From Gemmatimonadales bacterium (lineage in GTDB: Bacteria; Gemmatimonadota; Gemmatimonadetes; Gemmatimonadales; GWC2-71-9): a stretch of 64,000 nucleotides of DNA. The notes beneath the pieces were generated by a model. That model had not been told where the DNA came from, did not search any database, and saw nothing but the letters and a program-made list of their open reading frames with translations. The stretch lies in NCBI GenBank assembly GCA_037189525.1, contig JBBCJC010000002.1:544001-608000 (forward strand), written 5' to 3'. Below are positions 62,959-64,000 of the stretch, piece by piece (position 1 is the first letter of the stretch; every line of letters begins with the position of its first letter). Position numbers and translations under genes: made by a program.

Positions 62959-63771
62959 TCAGGGCGCGGCGCGTGGCACCAGGCCGATGACCCGAACCGG
63001 GCCTCCCGACCCCTTGGCAATCTTCATCGGGAGCGCGATGAGCGTCGCGCCGACCGGGGGAAGGCCGTTGAGTCCGGCCAGATTTTCGAGCGCGATCCCG
63101 TTTTGGGCGCTCAGGATCCGATGAACCTGAAAATCAGCCGACGGGCCGTAGTCGATCGAGGGAGAATCGATTCCGAGCCCGGTGACCTGGCGCTCTTCGA
63201 CCAGCAGCCGGGCGGCGTCGGCGCCGAATCCGGGAAAATGCAGCTTCGAGGCATCGCCAGGCGTGGTGTCGCCGAAGTAGGCCATCCGGTTGCCCCAATG
63301 ACGATCCCACCCGGTCTTGAGCAGGACGAAGGCTCCGGCTGGAATCCGGCCATGCTGCTCCTCGAAGGCGGTTACCTCCTCGACCGACAGCCGCGCATCA
63401 CGATCCTCGGCCGCTCGAGCCGAGAGGTCGATCACCACGGCTTTGCTGACGAGCTGTTCGAGCGGAATCTGGTCGGCGGTGCGGCCGCCCTCGTGGAAAT
63501 GAATGGGTGCGTCGAGGTGAGTGCCACCGTGCTCGGGCGCGGCAAACGCGTAGGACGAGTAGAACCATCCGCCCGGCGTCGGCCCGTAGGCCAGCTCATC
63601 GAGACGAAACCCCGATGGCGAGGTCGGCCAGTACAACGTTTCGGGAGTAAATGCATGGGTCAGGTCGACCAGCGCAAAGCGGGAGACATCGAACTCGGCC
63701 GCGGGAGTCGACGGGCCGCAGCCGGCCAGCGCCGCGACCGACAGCAATAGTGTAGTGCGTTTCGTTGTCAT
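62959..63771 (-). CDS. Cyclase family (kynurenine formamidase-like) lipoprotein
   Basis: Lipobox LAGC; EHGGTHLDAPIHF, GIDSPSID, ENL, GSGGPVR. Confidence 0.9.
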   Translation of the reverse strand: MTTKRTTLLLSVAALAGCGPSTPAAEFDVSRFALVDLTHAFTPETLYWPTSPSGFRLDELAYGPTPGGWFYSSYAFAAPEHGGTHLDAPIHFHEGGRTADQIPLEQLVSKAVVIDLSARAAEDRDARLSVEEVTAFEEQHGRIPAGAFVLLKTGWDRHWGNRMAYFGDTTPGDASKLHFPGFGADAARLLVEERQVTGLGIDSPSIDYGPSADFQVHRILSAQNGIALENLAGLNGLPPVGATLIALPMKIAKGSGGPVRVIGLVPRAAP

Positions 63772-63870
63772 GGGATTGTCCCGCGCCCGGAGCGCGCCAA
63801 CGGCGTTGTGCCAACAGGAATCCCAAGTATCTACCGCACCAGCGGGTCGGGCGGAAGATGGTCCGGTGGG

Positions 63871-63999
63871 TCAGTCCAGGAATTTGGGGACCGGGATATC
63901 GAGCCCCTTTCCCGGAAGCACCATCAGGGTCGACGCACCTCTCGCCAGCAGCCTCCCGTCCTCCGACCTGACCGTCGCCTCGGCGTAGGACACGGTCCG
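63871..63999 (-). CDS. PaaI-like thioesterase, C-terminal fragment (runs off the window; not in the ORF track)
   Basis: Manual translation RTVSYAEATVRSEDGRLLARGASTLMVL...* matches the terminal strands of hotdog folds. Confidence 0.7.
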   Translation of the reverse strand, partial: RTVSYAEATVRSEDGRLLARGASTLMVLPGKGLDIPVPKFLD

Positions 64000-64000
64000 G

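Overview
GC-rich bacterial chromosomal segment; two 60-nt spot counts gave 42% and 50% G+C inside a low-GC island versus 67% in the flank. A Gemmatimonadota origin is inferred from the SusC/SusD pair in a high-GC genome, the ADOP-type permease and the many secreted peptidases. About 55 genes can be supported. Housekeeping and metabolic genes: lepB, sahR-like regulator with ahcY, TPP-riboswitch-controlled thiC, folB with a folK-folP fusion, crcB. Transport: SusC/SusD, two ABC-2 exporters around a PadR regulator, a TonB receptor. Also many peptidases and amidohydrolases, a HEPN/MNT toxin-antitoxin pair and a hybrid histidine kinase. No tRNA, rRNA, CRISPR array, integrase or transposase was recognised. 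Best leads: (1) a low-GC three-gene cassette encoding a beta-propeller lipoprotein, a membrane-anchored CxxC thioredoxin-fold protein and a secreted 8-cysteine peptide; (2) two inverted copies of a ~125-130-nt long-hairpin element with 8-9 compensatory base-pair changes; (3) a Tat-exported orphan LanC-like enzyme with a CCG motif in a probable operon with a Ser/Thr dehydratase and a D-aminoacylase-like protein; (4) three different amide-bond ligases plus a gamma-glutamyl hydrolase with no known product; (5) an RHH-MNT antitoxin fusion, three candidate auto-operators, and widespread leaderless-type gene starts. All family assignments are by motif recognition, not database search.
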